Origin: Ilumatobacteraceae bacterium
GTDB lineage: Bacteria > Actinomycetota > Acidimicrobiia > Acidimicrobiales > Ilumatobacteraceae
Length of the DNA stretch: 64,000 nt
Assembly: GCA_963810675.1 (NCBI GenBank)
Contig: CAWEOL010000014.1
Span: 155,689-219,688 of the forward strand
Direction of reading: 5' to 3'
Shown here: piece after piece, positions 19,472 to 29,668 of the stretch
Layout of the letters: each line of letters begins with the position of its first letter
Numbering within the stretch: the first letter of the stretch is position 1
Made by a program: the position numbers and the translations under genes
Notes under the pieces: generated by a model
Told to the model about the DNA's origin: nothing
Databases searched by the model: none
Seen by the model: the letters and a program-made list of their open reading frames with translations, nothing else

Positions 19472-20260
19472 TCAGCAGATGACGATCAGATGGAACGGGC
19501 GATTGACGAATCCGGTCAAGTCACCGGTCGCGAGAACCACAGAGTTGGGGTCGGGTATCGCAGCGGGTGGTACGACCACGGCGAAGCCGATCAGAGGGCT
19601 CTCGACCAGCGCGGAGTAGGCGCACTTGCTGACGTCACGGTCGAACTGGACCCGGTACGTTGACGCCGTCGGGTTGCTCGTCGCAACGACGTGTGAGCCG
19701 CGGACCAGGTCACCGTTAGCCTTGACGATTGCGTACAGCGGGGTGACGTACTCACCGTCGTGATTGTGAGGTGTGAAGTAGCCGACGAGATCGACGATGA
19801 TGTCGACGGTGCCACCGTTGTTGAAGAAGCTGAGCTGGCCGGTTGCCGAGAGGTCGGACGTCACCTGGTTCGGCGTGGGAGGCTGACCGGCGACCCAGTT
19901 GAGGCTTGACGCGAGCGGCTGTGGTTGGTCGGACGGCCACACCGTCAGAAAGCTGTCGACGGTGCCGTTCGTGACGGTGACGTTGGCGATCACGCCCAAT
20001 GCTGTCGATGGGATCGTGCACTGGCCGTTGGTGCCCCAGACGGTGGCGGTGAAGGTTCCGGCGATTGGCGTTGTCCGGGTTCCGACGGGGTTCGACGCTC
20101 TGGTGTCCAGCAGGCGGCACGGAGTGATGGTGGTGAGGACCGGCGCAGGGTTCGGATCTGATGCGGCCGCGATCCCGAGTGATCCCGTGAGGCCAGCGGC
20201 CAGGGATACTGCGACGCCAAGCGCCGCCCAGCGAGATCGGTTGAAACGGTTGATGTTCAT
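19472..20260 (-). CDS. secreted hypothetical protein
   Basis: ATG 20260. Signal peptide MNINRFNRSRWAALGVAVSLAAGLTGSLGIAAA. Beta-rich sequence, no family recognised. Confidence 0.6.
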   Translation of the reverse strand: MNINRFNRSRWAALGVAVSLAAGLTGSLGIAAASDPNPAPVLTTITPCRLLDTRASNPVGTRTTPIAGTFTATVWGTNGQCTIPSTALGVIANVTVTNGTVDSFLTVWPSDQPQPLASSLNWVAGQPPTPNQVTSDLSATGQLSFFNNGGTVDIIVDLVGYFTPHNHDGEYVTPLYAIVKANGDLVRGSHVVATSNPTASTYRVQFDRDVSKCAYSALVESPLIGFAVVVPPAAIPDPNSVVLATGDLTGFVNRPFHLIVIC

Positions 20261-20407
20261 GGGGGGTTTGCTCCAATTGGTGTCGGACGACCACAACCGG
20301 CGGATGACCGGCGGTGGGCGAGTCGGTATGACTCGGCAACCCGATCCTCGATGTCGGCCTTGGATACGACGACTTCTGGTCCTTACCGCATCTGTCAGGA
20401 TTGCCGA

Positions 20408-22576
20408 GTGGGAGGCGAAGCACACTCGGCGACTGGTTCAAGGCCGACCGATGCACTGTCGCCCGACCTGATCGAGTTGGCGCGGTCCCATCGGGTCGCT
20501 ACCGAGTTCTGGGACTGGCACGGCGAGTACCGCGCGGTGCCTGTGCACACGATCATCGCTGTGCTCGGCGCGCTCGACGTCGATGCCAGCACCCCCGAGG
20601 CGGTGGAATCGGCGCGTGTCGAAGTCGAGGCGCGACGGTGGCGCCGCCGGCTGCCGGCCACCGTGGTCATGACCGGCGGGATGGGGGCGAACCTGATGGT
20701 GCACGTTCCACACGGCGATCCAGTGAACGTGTGGGTTGAGCTCGAGGACGGCGACGATCGTTGGTCGCTCACGCAGGTTGATCGCTGGGTGGAGCCGCGA
20801 CTGGTCGACGGTGAGGTGATCGGTGAGGCGACGTTCTGGCTCCCGCCCGAGCTCCCGATCGGCTACCACACGCTGCGCGCCGAGCACACGAGCGGCGCGG
20901 ACACATGCCTGCTGGTGGTCGCCCCGGCCTGCTTGGAGCTGCCGGCCGCGCTGCGTGATCGGCAGAGCTGGGGGTTCATGGCGCAGCTCTACGCGTTGCG
21001 GTCCGGCAGGTCGTGGGGGCTTGGTGACCTTGCCGATCTTGGCGACTTGGCAGCTTGGAGCGCGGCTGAGCACCAAGCCGAGTTCGTGCTCGTCAATCCG
21101 CTGCACGCCGCCGAGCCGGTGGCACCCATGGAGCCGTCACCGTATCGGCCCACGTCGCGACGATTTGCCAACCCGATCTACCTGCGTATCGAGGACGTGC
21201 CCGAGGTTGCCTACTTGTCTGCGACGGACCGCGCCGCCGTCGAGGCGCACGCCGCGGACATGCGATCGCTGAACCTCAGCGCAGAATCGCTGGATCGCGA
21301 TCGGGTCTGGGCGGCCAAACGTGCCGCCCTCGAGATCGTCCATCGCCAGCCCCGGCACGAGTCACGACAACGCGGTTTCGACGCGTTCCGTGCCCGCGAA
21401 GGAGATGGCTTGCGCGATTTTGCCTCGTGGTGCGCACTCGCCGAGCACTTCGGGTTGCCGACTTCGGCGTGGCCCGATGATGTGCGCGAGCCGACGTCGC
21501 TTCGCGTCGAGGTGTTGCGCGACACGCTGGCCGACCGGGTGAACTTCTACGAGTGGCTGCAGTGGTGTCTCGACGAGCAGCTCGCCGGCGCCCAGCGCGC
21601 CGCGGTCGAGGCCGGGATGGTGATCGGGGTGGTGCACGACCTGGCCGTCGGGGTGCACCCCGACGGTGCCGACCAGTGGGCATTGTCGAGCACGCTGGCG
21701 AGCGGTGTCTCGGTCGGCGCTCCGCCAGACATGTACAACCAGCTCGGCCAGGACTGGGTGATGCCGCCATGGCGGCCCGATCGCCTCGCGGAACTCGGCT
21801 ACGGCCCGTACCGCGTCATGCTGCGCACCATCTTGCGCCACTCCGGTGGGCTGCGCATCGACCACGTGATCGGCCTGTTCCGGTTGTGGTGGGTTCCGCC
21901 AGGTTGTCAGCCCTCCGAGGGCACCTACGTCGGGTACGACCACGAGGCAATGGTGGGGATCCTCGTTCTCGAGGCCCACCGCGCCGGCGCGGTTGTGGTC
22001 GGCGAGGATCTCGGCACAGTCGAGCCGTGGACGCGTGATTACCTCCGCCAGCGCGGCATCCTCGGCACGTCGGTGCTGTGGTTCGAGAAGGGCACGACCG
22101 GGGAGCCATTGCCGCCTGCCAAATGGCGGGAGATGTGCCTCGCTACGGTGACCACCCACGACCTGCCGCCGACGGCCGGCTATCTCGACGGCGAGCACAT
22201 CGACCTGCGCAAACGACTCGGGTTGCTGACCCGTCCGGTCGACGAGGAGCGACGAGCCGCCGAGACCGATCGCCGAGCCATGCTCGCCGAGTGTTGCGAT
22301 CTCGGTGTGCTCGACGACGACGACGTTTCCCAGCGGGACCAGATCGAGGCATTGCACCGCCTCTTGACATTGACCCCGGCACGCCTGATCGGGGTCTCCG
22401 TTGCCGACGCTGTCGGCGATCGCCGGACGATCAACCAGCCCGGCACGATCGACGAGTACCCGAACTGGCGGGTGCCCCTCGCCGATGGCGACGGCCGCCC
22501 TCTGCTGCTCGAAGACGTCGTGTTGTCGGAGCGGGCCCGGTCGTTGGCAGACACGATCAAGAACCGCATCCGCTGA
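20408..22576 (+). CDS. malQ: 4-alpha-glucanotransferase (amylomaltase)
   Basis: ORF 20351..22576. GTG 20408 has AGGA 7 nt upstream (alternative start ATG 20351). SWGFMAQLYALRS..WGLGDL, PSPYRPTSRRF, IDHVIGLFRLWW and VGEDLGTV motifs. Confidence 0.88.
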   Translation: MGGEAHSATGSRPTDALSPDLIELARSHRVATEFWDWHGEYRAVPVHTIIAVLGALDVDASTPEAVESARVEVEARRWRRRLPATVVMTGGMGANLMVHVPHGDPVNVWVELEDGDDRWSLTQVDRWVEPRLVDGEVIGEATFWLPPELPIGYHTLRAEHTSGADTCLLVVAPACLELPAALRDRQSWGFMAQLYALRSGRSWGLGDLADLGDLAAWSAAEHQAEFVLVNPLHAAEPVAPMEPSPYRPTSRRFANPIYLRIEDVPEVAYLSATDRAAVEAHAADMRSLNLSAESLDRDRVWAAKRAALEIVHRQPRHESRQRGFDAFRAREGDGLRDFASWCALAEHFGLPTSAWPDDVREPTSLRVEVLRDTLADRVNFYEWLQWCLDEQLAGAQRAAVEAGMVIGVVHDLAVGVHPDGADQWALSSTLASGVSVGAPPDMYNQLGQDWVMPPWRPDRLAELGYGPYRVMLRTILRHSGGLRIDHVIGLFRLWWVPPGCQPSEGTYVGYDHEAMVGILVLEAHRAGAVVVGEDLGTVEPWTRDYLRQRGILGTSVLWFEKGTTGEPLPPAKWREMCLATVTTHDLPPTAGYLDGEHIDLRKRLGLLTRPVDEERRAAETDRRAMLAECCDLGVLDDDDVSQRDQIEALHRLLTLTPARLIGVSVADAVGDRRTINQPGTIDEYPNWRVPLADGDGRPLLLEDVVLSERARSLADTIKNRIR

Positions 22577-22638
22577 GATACGGGTAGGCATCGCGCCGTT
22601 GGCGCGTGCACGGGTCGAAAGCGCACCATGATTGTGTG

Positions 22639-24021
22639 ATGGCCTTTCGCACCATCTTCGAACCGTTCCGAATTCACTCCGTCGAGCCGTTGTTGATGAC
22701 CACAGTCGATGAACGGCGACGTGCGATTCAAGAGGTCAACTACAACCTGTTCGCTCTGCGTTCCGAGAGCGTACTCGTCGACCTACTCACCGACTCCGGT
22801 ACCGGGGCGATGTCACGCGATCAATGGGCGGGCATTCAGAGAGGTGACGAGAGTTATGCCGGTTCGCCGTCGTGGTTCCGGTTCCTCGACAGTGTGCAGG
22901 ATCTGTTTCCCTTCGAGCATGTGATCCCCACTCACCAGGGTCGGGCCGCGGAACGAATCTTGTTCAGCGCAATCGGAGGACCTGGCCTCGCGGTCCCCAA
23001 CAACACCCACTTCGACACGACTCGGGCCAATGTCGAATTCACGGGTGCCGAGGCCGTCGATCTCGTCATCAGCGAAGGCCGGGATCCGTCATCACTCCAC
23101 CCGTTCAAAGGGAACATGGACCTCGAGGCGTTGGACGCATTCATCACCGAACGCGGCGCAGAGCGTGTGCCAGTGGTGTTCGTCACAATTACCAACAACT
23201 CCGGTGGCGGCCAACCGGTCTCGCTCGAGAACCTGCGCGGCGTGCGCGCGATCTGTGACCGTCACGGCGTGCCACTGTTCCTGGACGTGTGCCGGTTTGC
23301 TGAGAACGTGTGGTTCATTCGAGAGCGCGAGCCGGGCCAGCAGGATCGAGACGTGCGCGACATAGTGCGTGAGATGGCCTCGCTCGCCGACGGCATGACG
23401 ATGAGCGCGAAGAAAGACGCGATCGCCAACATCGGGGGATGGCTGGCCATGCGCGACGGACAGCTCGCCGATAGGTGCCGGACGCTGCTGATCCTCACCG
23501 AAGGCTTCCCGACCTACGGTGGTCTCGCCGGGCGCGATCTGGAGGCGATCGCCCAAGGTCTACGAGAAGTCGTGCAGCACGACTACCTTCGCTATCGGAT
23601 CCGCTCGACCGCGTACCTCGGCGACGCCCTACTCGCTGCGGGTGTGCCGCTCGTTCGGCCAATCGGTGGTCACGCCGTCTATCTCGACGCCGGAGCCCTG
23701 CTGCCCCACATCCCCCCGCACGAGTACCCGGGGCAGGCGTTGGCCGTGGCGCTGTACCAGAACGGAGGTATCCGCGGCTGTGAGATCGGCAGCGTCATGT
23801 TCGGCCTCCAACCCGATGGCAGCGAGGCACCCGCCGCGATGGAGCTCGTGCGCTTGGCCATCCCGCGGCGCACCTACACACAGAGCCACATCGACTACGT
23901 GATCGAGGTATGCGAGATGGTTGCCCACAACGCCGGCCAGCTGTCGGGCTACCGGATCGTGAGCGAACCGCGTTCGCTGCGACATTTCACCGCGAGTTTT
24001 GAACCGGCCAACCCGCGCTGA
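22639..24021 (+). CDS. tryptophanase / tyrosine phenol-lyase family beta-eliminating lyase
   Basis: MAFRTIFEPFRIHSVEP..NYNLFALRSESVLVDLLTDSGTGAMS and the PLP-lysine region MSAKKDAIANIGGWL. Confidence 0.88.
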   Translation: MAFRTIFEPFRIHSVEPLLMTTVDERRRAIQEVNYNLFALRSESVLVDLLTDSGTGAMSRDQWAGIQRGDESYAGSPSWFRFLDSVQDLFPFEHVIPTHQGRAAERILFSAIGGPGLAVPNNTHFDTTRANVEFTGAEAVDLVISEGRDPSSLHPFKGNMDLEALDAFITERGAERVPVVFVTITNNSGGGQPVSLENLRGVRAICDRHGVPLFLDVCRFAENVWFIREREPGQQDRDVRDIVREMASLADGMTMSAKKDAIANIGGWLAMRDGQLADRCRTLLILTEGFPTYGGLAGRDLEAIAQGLREVVQHDYLRYRIRSTAYLGDALLAAGVPLVRPIGGHAVYLDAGALLPHIPPHEYPGQALAVALYQNGGIRGCEIGSVMFGLQPDGSEAPAAMELVRLAIPRRTYTQSHIDYVIEVCEMVAHNAGQLSGYRIVSEPRSLRHFTASFEPANPR

Positions 24022-24066
24022 CACCACAGGCACCGACACGACGAAACCTGCTCGATGCGGAGGCAA

Positions 24067-24381
24067 CTACCGGGCGAGTTTGTAGCGGGCGAGCAGCTCG
24101 ACCTGCTCGAGGAATGCCGGGCTGCGACGAAACCGGCTGGCCAGGTCGGCGAAGTCAGCGCCCTCGTCGCGCCACCGCAGCACGCACCGCTCGATCGGCC
24201 GTAGCCCGCCGGGTGTCGCCGGCGGGGCATCACGTCGTGGGAGCTGTGCGCAGGCGATCACCTGGCGCACCCCCTTCGGGGTTCGTCGGAACCGCCAGGC
24301 GATCTCGATGTCGTCGGCGCCGGCCTTGGAGAGCTTGAGCATCCTCCGTTCGATCGGCCGCAGTTCTGCGTCGTCGTTCAT
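24067..24381 (-). CDS. hypothetical protein with an internally duplicated HTH-like module
   Basis: Two ~43-aa repeats: LRPIERRMLKLSKAGADDIEIAWRFRRTPKGVRQV and LRPIERCVLRWRDEGADFADLASRFRRSPAFLEQV. Confidence 0.6.
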   Translation of the reverse strand: MNDDAELRPIERRMLKLSKAGADDIEIAWRFRRTPKGVRQVIACAQLPRRDAPPATPGGLRPIERCVLRWRDEGADFADLASRFRRSPAFLEQVELLARYKLAR

Positions 24382-24668
24382 GTGTTCCTCCAGAACGGAA
24401 CCTTACCCGTGCCGAAAGACCGACGTGTCGTTCCGCGTCGCTCATCGAGTATCCGGCGTTCTGGGATGCCGGCCAGCGTCTTTGGGACAGTGGTTATCGG
24501 ACGCTTCGCCGGCGCCGATGCGCCTGTATCGGGGTCGCTATCACGCCCCGGGAAGGTCCACCGCAGGATTCGATCAACGGTTGGAGCTGACGTGAGTGGT
24601 ATGGTCGCCGCTGCGTGGCCGCCAGTGGCTGCGAGATGACTATCGCCTGATCGAGGAGACATAAAGAA

Positions 24669-25061
24669 ATGACCGCGTACGACTATCCGATTATGGGTGC
24701 CTTCTGGACCATGTTGATATTTTTCATCTGGATCGCATGGTTGATGTTGCTGTTCAAGATCATCTTCGACATCTTCCGCAGCCACGACATGGGCGGCTTT
24801 GCCAAGGCTCTCTGGCTGATCTTCGTCGTAATCGCTCCGTTCCTTGGTGTGTTCGTCTACCTGATCGCTCGCGGCAGCGGAATGGCCACACGCGATCTGG
24901 ACGACGCCAAGAAGCAACAGCAGCAATTCGATTCGTATGTGCGTGACGTGGCGGCGCCGACGAGTTCCGCCGACGAACTGACCAAGCTGGCAGACCTCCA
25001 TGCAAAGGGTGTCATCAACGACGCCGAGTTCCAAGCACAAAAGGCGAAGCTGCTCGCTTGA
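24669..25061 (+). CDS. PLD-nuclease-N-type membrane domain + SHOCT domain protein
   Basis: GAGGAG RBS. AKALWLIFVVIAPFLGVFVYLIAR, then a C-terminal DELTKLADLHAKGVINDAEFQAQKAKLL (SHOCT). Confidence 0.8.
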   Translation: MTAYDYPIMGAFWTMLIFFIWIAWLMLLFKIIFDIFRSHDMGGFAKALWLIFVVIAPFLGVFVYLIARGSGMATRDLDDAKKQQQQFDSYVRDVAAPTSSADELTKLADLHAKGVINDAEFQAQKAKLLA

Positions 25062-25073
25062 GTTTGATTGCCG

Positions 25074-25104
25074 GCACCTCGGCGGCCGTTGGCCGCCGAG
25101 GTGC
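25074..25104. terminator. GC-rich hairpin between convergent genes
   Basis: GCACCTCGGCGGCC-GTT-GGCCGCCGAGGTGC, 14-bp perfect stem. Confidence 0.5.
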
Positions 25105-25110
25105 ATCGGT

Positions 25111-26590
25111 TCAGATATCGCGTTGCACCGCGATGCGGCCGTCTTTCTCCGCTTGCACCAGGGCGTCGTAATCTCGTTCGTTCTGGTCGGCGTACGACTC
25201 GGAGAACTCGGCGATGGCGCGGTCGAAGACGTCGCCGCTACCGAGGTACGAAGCCAACGCAATGCGATCACCGCTGCGAGCGTGGGCCCGAGCGAGCGTC
25301 CATGCGCAGACACGGGCATACTGAGACATCGTCGCAGGCGTCATCGTCTCGACCATCGCCGAGCCCTTCCAATCATGAAGCTGGCGGAAGTAGTCATCGC
25401 GACTGACACCATCGACGCCGATGGTGGTCGTCCAGCCGAGGAAGATGTCGCTCTCAGCTTGCATCAGGTGCTGACCGTGCACGACACGTTGGCCATTCGA
25501 CCTGTAAGGGTTTGATCCCACCAGACCCTGCAGCACGGAGGCCTGCGCCTCTTTGATCTGCAAGAACAGCGGATCACTCTGGTCACGCCCGAACATCAAC
25601 GCGATCCAGGCCCTCGTGCCGACGCTGCCGACACCGACCACCTTGCGGGCCACCTGCACCAGTTGGAATTCCTCCAGCAGGTGGCGGCGGTCGCTCTGCA
25701 ACGTCTGGCGATACTTGCGCAACTCGGTCCGCAGCCATTCTGAGATCTGGTCGAGCTCCATTCCGGCAAAGATCTCTTCGACCGGCTGGATCAGCGGTGG
25801 GGCGCTGATGATTCGCAGTTGGCCGTCGACGACGTGGGTGAGCTTGCCGAGGGCCTGCAGGCTGTCTTTGGTTCGTGCCTTGGCCAGGTTTGCCTCGGCA
25901 CGCTTGCGAACGTCGGCCGTGGCCTCTTTGGTCAATTGTCGCATGAGCGATTCGGCATCGGCTGTCGCATACCACACCCCGAGGTTGGTCATGGCGGCGA
26001 ACTCGCTCATCGCGACCCGGTATGCGCCGACAAGGTCGAGCAAGACACCCTGGCGCTGCTTCGCGGAATACCCGTTGTCGCGTCCACCGATCGCGAAGCT
26101 GGCGGCCAGGCGTTTGACGTCCCACTCCCACGGCCCGGGGAAGGTCTCGTCGAAGTCGTTGATGCTGAAGACCATCCGCCGTTCGGGCGAGGCGAACACA
26201 CCGAAGTTCAACAGGTGAGCGTCACCGCAGACCTGCACGTTGATACCCGACCGCGGCACGCCGGCCAAGTCGTTGGCCATCAGCAGCGCCGCGCCGCGGT
26301 AGAAAGTGAACGCCGAGACCAGCATGCGGCCGTAACGGATCGGCACCAACTCGGGCACCCTGGTGACGCTTTGGCTCTCGAGCAGCTCGACCGGGTCGTG
26401 TCGCGCCGCGGCCGGTGCAAAATCTGCGTGACTCGCCCGTGGCACTTCCTTGCGAGCGGCCTTGCCGCGCGGCGCGTTCGGCCGCGGTGAGGTGTGGGAC
26501 GACCTTGCCACGCGGCGCACGCTTCGCCGTCGAGCCGACCTGCGCGCTGTTGCCTGCGGGCTTCGTAGTTCTGGTTGCCATGTGCTGCAT
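25111..26590 (-). pseudogene. DUF2252 domain protein, apparent frameshift near 26465
   Basis: The N-terminus (MQHMATRTTKPAG...TAAERAA) is in ORF 26222..26611. The body is in ORF 25111..27105 (IRYGRMLVSAFTFYRGAALLMANDLA, VCGDAHLLNFG, NDFDETFPGPWEWDVKRL). Alternative starts at 26611 and 26581. Confidence 0.75.
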
Positions 26591-26721
26591 CTCAGTTCTC
26601 TGGTGGTGCACCGACAGTAGCCCTTCGGCCGAGCATCCTCGCAGTGGTGAGGCGGCGAGCTACAGTCCGTGCGGATGATGTCTTGGTACGGCGGAACGAC
26701 AGAAGGCGAGCACACAATCAC

Positions 26722-27401
26722 GTGACAAGTTCGGCTTTGATCTCGCTGCTGATCCTTGCGATTACTGCGGCGGCATCGCCGTTCAGCCTCGTCGCGTTCA
26801 GCCTCGTGCTGGCGACTGATCGTGGGCCGCGCAACGGTATTGCCTTCATCTGTGGCTGGGTCACGACTGTCACGCTCATCGGCGTTGCGATGGCGTTGAT
26901 CGGTGAAACTCAACAGTGAACTCATCGAATACCGCCGGCAAGTGGACGTTGGCGCTCGAGATGGCGCTGGGCGTGGTCTTGATCTTCCTGTGGGCGCGAC
27001 GCCGATTCCGACCTCATGTGAAGACGCAGGTGGTCGTCGAAAAGCCGCCCAAGCCAGAGCCGGCGTGGCAACGGCATCTGGCGACCATGCACTATCCCGG
27101 GGCATTTGTCACCGGAGGCGCCGTGCAGACCTGGCCCGTGATGATCGCCGCCGCCACGACCATCTTGCGTCTCGACCTCAGTGGCGCCGCGAGCTTGGCA
27201 TGGATGTTCGCGTTCGCGTTGTCGACGACTGCCGGCATCGTCGTGCTCGAGGTGCTTGCCTGGCGGAATCCGAGCAGCGCGGTCGAGCGTCTCAACGAGC
27301 TTCGCAGCTACATCGACAGTCACCGCGACAGCGTGATCAACATGCTGTATCTGGTCGGCGGATTGTGGTTGTTGTTCCACGCCCTTCTCACACTCCTCTG
27401 A
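26722..27401 (+). pseudogene. GAP (Sap/SfLAP-like) family membrane protein split by a frame change at ~26915
   Basis: GTG 26722: VTSSALISLLILAITAAASPFSLVAF..GIAFICGWV (ORF 26575..26919), then NTAGKWTLALEMALGVVLIFLWARRRFRP... (ORF 26916..27401). Confidence 0.6.
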
Positions 27402-27495
27402 GGTCGGCGCCGCGAGAATCACTGCTCGCCAATGACGATGCGGTAGGTTCGGCCGGGTCGCCGAATGCGACTGACACGATTTGTAGGAGAGCAAC

Positions 27496-27693
27496 ATGTT
27501 GGCGATGTCTGGGTTTCTCTGGTTCGGCGGGCTGCTCGGCCTCATCATCTGGGTGTTGATCGCCTTCTGGCCGGCGCGGGTCGCCCGACGCAAGGGGCAC
27601 AGCTTCATCGGGTACTTCATCCTGAGCCTCTTCTTCTTCCCGCTGGCACTGATCATGGCCTATGTGGTGAGAGACCGGCGACGGCTCGTCTGA
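27496..27693 (+). CDS. small two-TM membrane protein
   Basis: 65 aa: FLWFGGLLGLIIWVLIAFWPARVARRKGHSFIGYFILSLFFFPLALIMAYVV. Confidence 0.5.
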   Translation: MLAMSGFLWFGGLLGLIIWVLIAFWPARVARRKGHSFIGYFILSLFFFPLALIMAYVVRDRRRLV

Positions 27694-27704
27694 GGTTTCG
27701 CTGT

Positions 27705-28148
27705 TCAGACTCCGTCGAGGAGCATGCCGATGGTCTTGGCAATCCGCCGTTGCCGTGTTTCAGCGGTCTTGGCATCTTCGATCGCCAATACATGTTGACG
27801 TCGGTGGCTGTACGAGAGCTTCTCGAAGCGCTCTCTCGCGCCGGGGTCGGCATCGAGCGCTGCCGCCAGATCTTGGGGGACGATCACTTCTCGGGGCTCG
27901 GTGTCGAGCTCGATCCTGACGTCGACCTCGTCGCCGGCCGAAACACGGGCACTCTTGCGGTTCTCGGCGCTGACACCGATCAGGAACACACCACCCATCG
28001 GTGCGATCGTGCTGCGGTAGGTGAAGTCGCCGATGGTGACGCGCACCGGTGGCCGCTTCCCTGCGCCGAGCGCCGTGACGATGTCTTCCGGCACCTCGAA
28101 GCCGGTCGCGGTCTTGCCGTGGAGTACCAGCGTTGCCCGAAAGTTCAT
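27705..28148 (-). CDS. DUF1905 + YdeI/OmpD-associated family protein
   Basis: ATG 28148. MNFRATLVLHGKTATGFEVPEDIV...VRVTIGDFTYRSTIAPMGG...YSHRRQHVLAIEDAKTAETRQRRI. Confidence 0.75.
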   Translation of the reverse strand: MNFRATLVLHGKTATGFEVPEDIVTALGAGKRPPVRVTIGDFTYRSTIAPMGGVFLIGVSAENRKSARVSAGDEVDVRIELDTEPREVIVPQDLAAALDADPGARERFEKLSYSHRRQHVLAIEDAKTAETRQRRIAKTIGMLLDGV

Positions 28149-28236
28149 AGGGCTCCAACTCTGTCGCTTCGACGAGCGCGGTGCAACGCCCTGCCATGAG
28201 GGGCCGTCGGCAGTCACATGCCTTAGCGTTCCGACC

Positions 28237-29130
28237 ATGACAGGTCGGCGATTGTCCTGGGCGTTCGTGGTGATCCTCGGCACGACGGCATGCGGCAACT
28301 CCGCCGTGGGAGCGCCCGGATCCTCGACCGCCACGGTGGCGCCGGTCGTCGAGCTCGGGTCCATGCCCACGCAGCAAACGACATCCACGCTCACCGGGTC
28401 GTCGTCGGCTTTGCCGACGCATGTGCCGACGACCTCGCCAACGACCTCGGTTCCCAGATCCCCTTCGATTCCCAGCGCCACGTCAACGGCCGCCAGCAGT
28501 ACGCCGACGACCGGGCGCACCGCGCCGACGCAGACTTCGTGCACCGACGTCGCGTACATCGGCGATTCGATCTCGCTCGGGATGGTCTCGGCCACGACGC
28601 CCCAGCGTCCGACTGTCCAGTTCGAGACGCGAATGGCCGAGATCGGGGTGACCGACCTGCAGGTCGAGGTCTCCGGTGGCCGCTCGATCGTCGAGACCCT
28701 CCCGGGTCAGGAGAATGCCGTGACCGTGGCGACCCGACTTCGCAATGCCGGATTCGTCGGGTGCTGGGTCATCGCCGTCGGCACCAACGATGCAGCCAAC
28801 ATTGCCGCCGGTGCCGCCCGCCAGGCCGACGACCGCATTGCCGCGATCATGTCGGTGGTCGGTCGAGACCCGGTGTTGTGGATCGATGGTGCTTCGGCGG
28901 CGCCCTCGGGATTCTGGGCCACGGGCAACATCGAAGCGTGGAATCGTGTGCTGACGGCCTCCGCCACGTCGTATCCCAACGTGCGGATCGCCCTGTGGTC
29001 GAGGTTCGTCCGACCGGAGTGGTTCGAGTCGGATGGAGTGCACGTCACCCCCGCTGGAGCAGCCGGCAGGATGCAATTCGTCGCTGACCTCCTCGTCGCC
29101 GACTTCCCCGCCGAGGTGACCCCGGGATGA
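28237..29130 (+). CDS. SGNH/GDSL hydrolase-type lipoprotein
   Basis: ATG 28237. Lipobox ILGTTACG, then a Ser/Thr/Pro-rich linker, YIGDSISLG (GDS block) and AVGTNDA. Confidence 0.75.
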   Translation: MTGRRLSWAFVVILGTTACGNSAVGAPGSSTATVAPVVELGSMPTQQTTSTLTGSSSALPTHVPTTSPTTSVPRSPSIPSATSTAASSTPTTGRTAPTQTSCTDVAYIGDSISLGMVSATTPQRPTVQFETRMAEIGVTDLQVEVSGGRSIVETLPGQENAVTVATRLRNAGFVGCWVIAVGTNDAANIAAGAARQADDRIAAIMSVVGRDPVLWIDGASAAPSGFWATGNIEAWNRVLTASATSYPNVRIALWSRFVRPEWFESDGVHVTPAGAAGRMQFVADLLVADFPAEVTPG

Positions 29131-29169
29131 AGCCGGACCGGGGAGCGTTCCTCGGGTACGTTATGGGAG

Positions 29170-29664
29170 ATGACGCGACTGTGTGAACGCCCTGGATGTT
29201 CGCAAGTCGCCGAGATGACGTACGGCTTCGACGCCGAGCATCTGATGGTCTGGATCGACGCCTACGAGCGGGTCACCACCGAGCGGGCGGGTGTGCTGTG
29301 CCGCCGGCATGCCGATGCGATGGTGGTGCCGCTCGGGTGGATGCTCGACGATCGACGCGATCCGGTCCCACGGCTGTTCAGGGCGCCTGCGCAAACCACG
29401 ACGGTCGCACCGCGACGGCGACGCACGCCGAGTCATCATCGCGACGACACCGAGCAACTCGAACTCGTCGCCGACCTGTCGGTGCATGGCGTTGCCGACG
29501 ATGACGATGACGAAGACCAGAACGGTGTCACCGCCGACACCGACGTGTTGCCGTGGAAGCCGACCTTTGATCAGACCGACGATCTCGACGGTCTGCTCGA
29601 AGCACGTGGCCCGCTCTTGGCGAGAGCATTCGGCGGCCAGGATCGCCGCCGGCCGACCAGTTAG
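29170..29664 (+). CDS. DUF3499 domain protein
   Basis: MTRLCERPGCSQVAEMTYGFD...LCRRHADAMVVPLGW, an actinobacterial-type family. Confidence 0.75.
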   Translation: MTRLCERPGCSQVAEMTYGFDAEHLMVWIDAYERVTTERAGVLCRRHADAMVVPLGWMLDDRRDPVPRLFRAPAQTTTVAPRRRRTPSHHRDDTEQLELVADLSVHGVADDDDDEDQNGVTADTDVLPWKPTFDQTDDLDGLLEARGPLLARAFGGQDRRRPTS

Positions 29665-29668
29665 CCAC

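Noticed and set aside
26917-26919. In-frame TGA read-through or selenocysteine in the GAP-family gene
   Set aside because: The downstream half is in a different frame from the upstream half, so simple read-through of the TGA would not join them.
25111-27105. 664-aa ORF as the true extent of the DUF2252 gene
   Set aside because: The first ~170 codons are low-complexity Arg/Pro/Ser antisense to the GAP-family gene. The real N-terminus (MATRTTKPAG...) is in a neighbouring frame starting near 26590.
27705-28595. 296-aa and 369-aa mutually overlapping ORFs (27705..28595 minus, 28021..29130 plus) taken at full length
   Set aside because: Recognisable domains start at internal ATGs (28148 and 28237), which leaves a normal 88-bp divergent spacer. 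The N-terminal extensions are antisense read-through.
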